Shown: piece by piece, positions 24,067 to 24,799 of the stretch
How the letters are laid out: every line of letters begins with the position of its first letter
Numbering within the stretch: the first letter of the stretch is position 1
Program-made: the position numbers and the translations under genes
Origin: a virus
Taxonomy: Duplodnaviria > Caudoviricetes
IMG/VR virus record: IMGVR_UViG_3300023173_000970
Coordinates: 1 to 24,799 of that record
Strand: one strand, 5' to 3'
DNA length: 24,799 nucleotides
Notes under the pieces: generated by a model
What the model saw: the letters and a program-made list of their open reading frames with translations, nothing else
Database searches by the model: none
What the model was told of the DNA's origin: nothing

Positions 24067-24799
24067 ATGGGAACTCCCGCTCGGTATTACTCTTCCACAG
24101 CAGTAACCACGACACTTTCGCTGTCTATCTCCTCAACCGACGTTGCTATTCAGGTTGCTTCATCGAGCGGTTTCCCGTCCAGTTATCCGTTCACCTTGAT
24201 CTTGGCGAAGGACTCGGCGAACGAAGAGATCCTGACGGTGACTGCGTTAGTTGGCTCTCAGTTTACGGTCACGCGAGGTGTCGATGGAACGTCTGCACGA
24301 AGCCATACGGCTGGCACTTCTGTTGAGCACGGTGTATCTGCGCTCGACTTCACAGACCAGCGCAGCCATCAGGCTGCCGGATCTAATGTTCACGACATCG
24401 GAGCGTCGTCGAGCGTTGTTGGCACAAACACTACCCAAACGCTGACTAACAAGACTCTAACTTCCACCACTCTTGGTGGTGACTTGGCTGCTGGGTCGAA
24501 CAAGATCACGGATCTTGCTGACCCGACGTTGGCGCAGGATGCGGTGACGAAGAACTGGGCTGAGACGGGCATGTCTAGCCAGTTGGCTCAGGCGACTACG
24601 CAGGCCACTAACGCTGCTACGAGTGCGACTGCGGCTGCGGCATCTGCCGCCGCTGCTCTCGTGAGTGAAGGCAACGCCTCCGCTTCTGAAACGGCTACGG
24701 CTGCTGATGTCGTCTCAACAAATGCTGATGCCGCTTCGACGGCGGCTGATGTTGTCACGACGAACGCGAACGTGGTTTCATCGGCTGCGTCTGCGGCTG
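24067..24799 (+). CDS. tail fibre/spike protein, N-terminal part (runs off the window)
   Basis: Open frame from ATG 24067 (MGTPARYYSSTAVTTTL...); TQTLTNKTL and NKITDLADPTLAQDAVTKNW fibre motifs, then an Ala/Ser/Thr coiled coil. Confidence 0.85.
   Translation, partial: MGTPARYYSSTAVTTTLSLSISSTDVAIQVASSSGFPSSYPFTLILAKDSANEEILTVTALVGSQFTVTRGVDGTSARSHTAGTSVEHGVSALDFTDQRSHQAAGSNVHDIGASSSVVGTNTTQTLTNKTLTSTTLGGDLAAGSNKITDLADPTLAQDAVTKNWAETGMSSQLAQATTQATNAATSATAAAASAAAALVSEGNASASETATAADVVSTNADAASTAADVVTTNANVVSSAASAA
24697..24780 (+). repeat. 42-bp (14-aa) degenerate tandem repeat in the tail fibre: TAADVVSTNADAAS / TAADVVTTNANVVS
   Basis: Visible at both DNA and protein level. Confidence 0.7.

Overview
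Fragment of a tailed dsDNA phage genome with two divergent arms, probably podovirus-like and probably infecting an Actinomycetota host (both inferred). The left arm (1-5239, minus strand) is an early-type operon of about 19 small, mostly acidic or Cys/Zn-binding proteins, including an Ocr-like DNA mimic. A ~540-bp non-coding switch region follows. The right arm (5781-24799, plus strand) is a morphogenesis operon: degenerate HNH protein, large terminase, portal, a block of very basic low-complexity proteins, four putative internal/ejection proteins, scaffold, major capsid, head-tail proteins and the start of a tail fibre. The most notable signals are RNA elements: (i) a complete type II hammerhead ribozyme between the first two early genes; (ii) five sequence-divergent but architecturally shared hairpin/alternative-hairpin elements at equivalent stop-to-RBS junctions of that operon, suggesting a system that cuts the early transcript into stabilised units; (iii) a ~79-nt RNA resembling only the alanine-accepting tRNA-like domain of tmRNA (G3:U70, no mRNA domain), followed by a pseudoknotted leader upstream of the scaffold and capsid genes. 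All calls come from reading the sequence by eye; no searches or folding programs were run.
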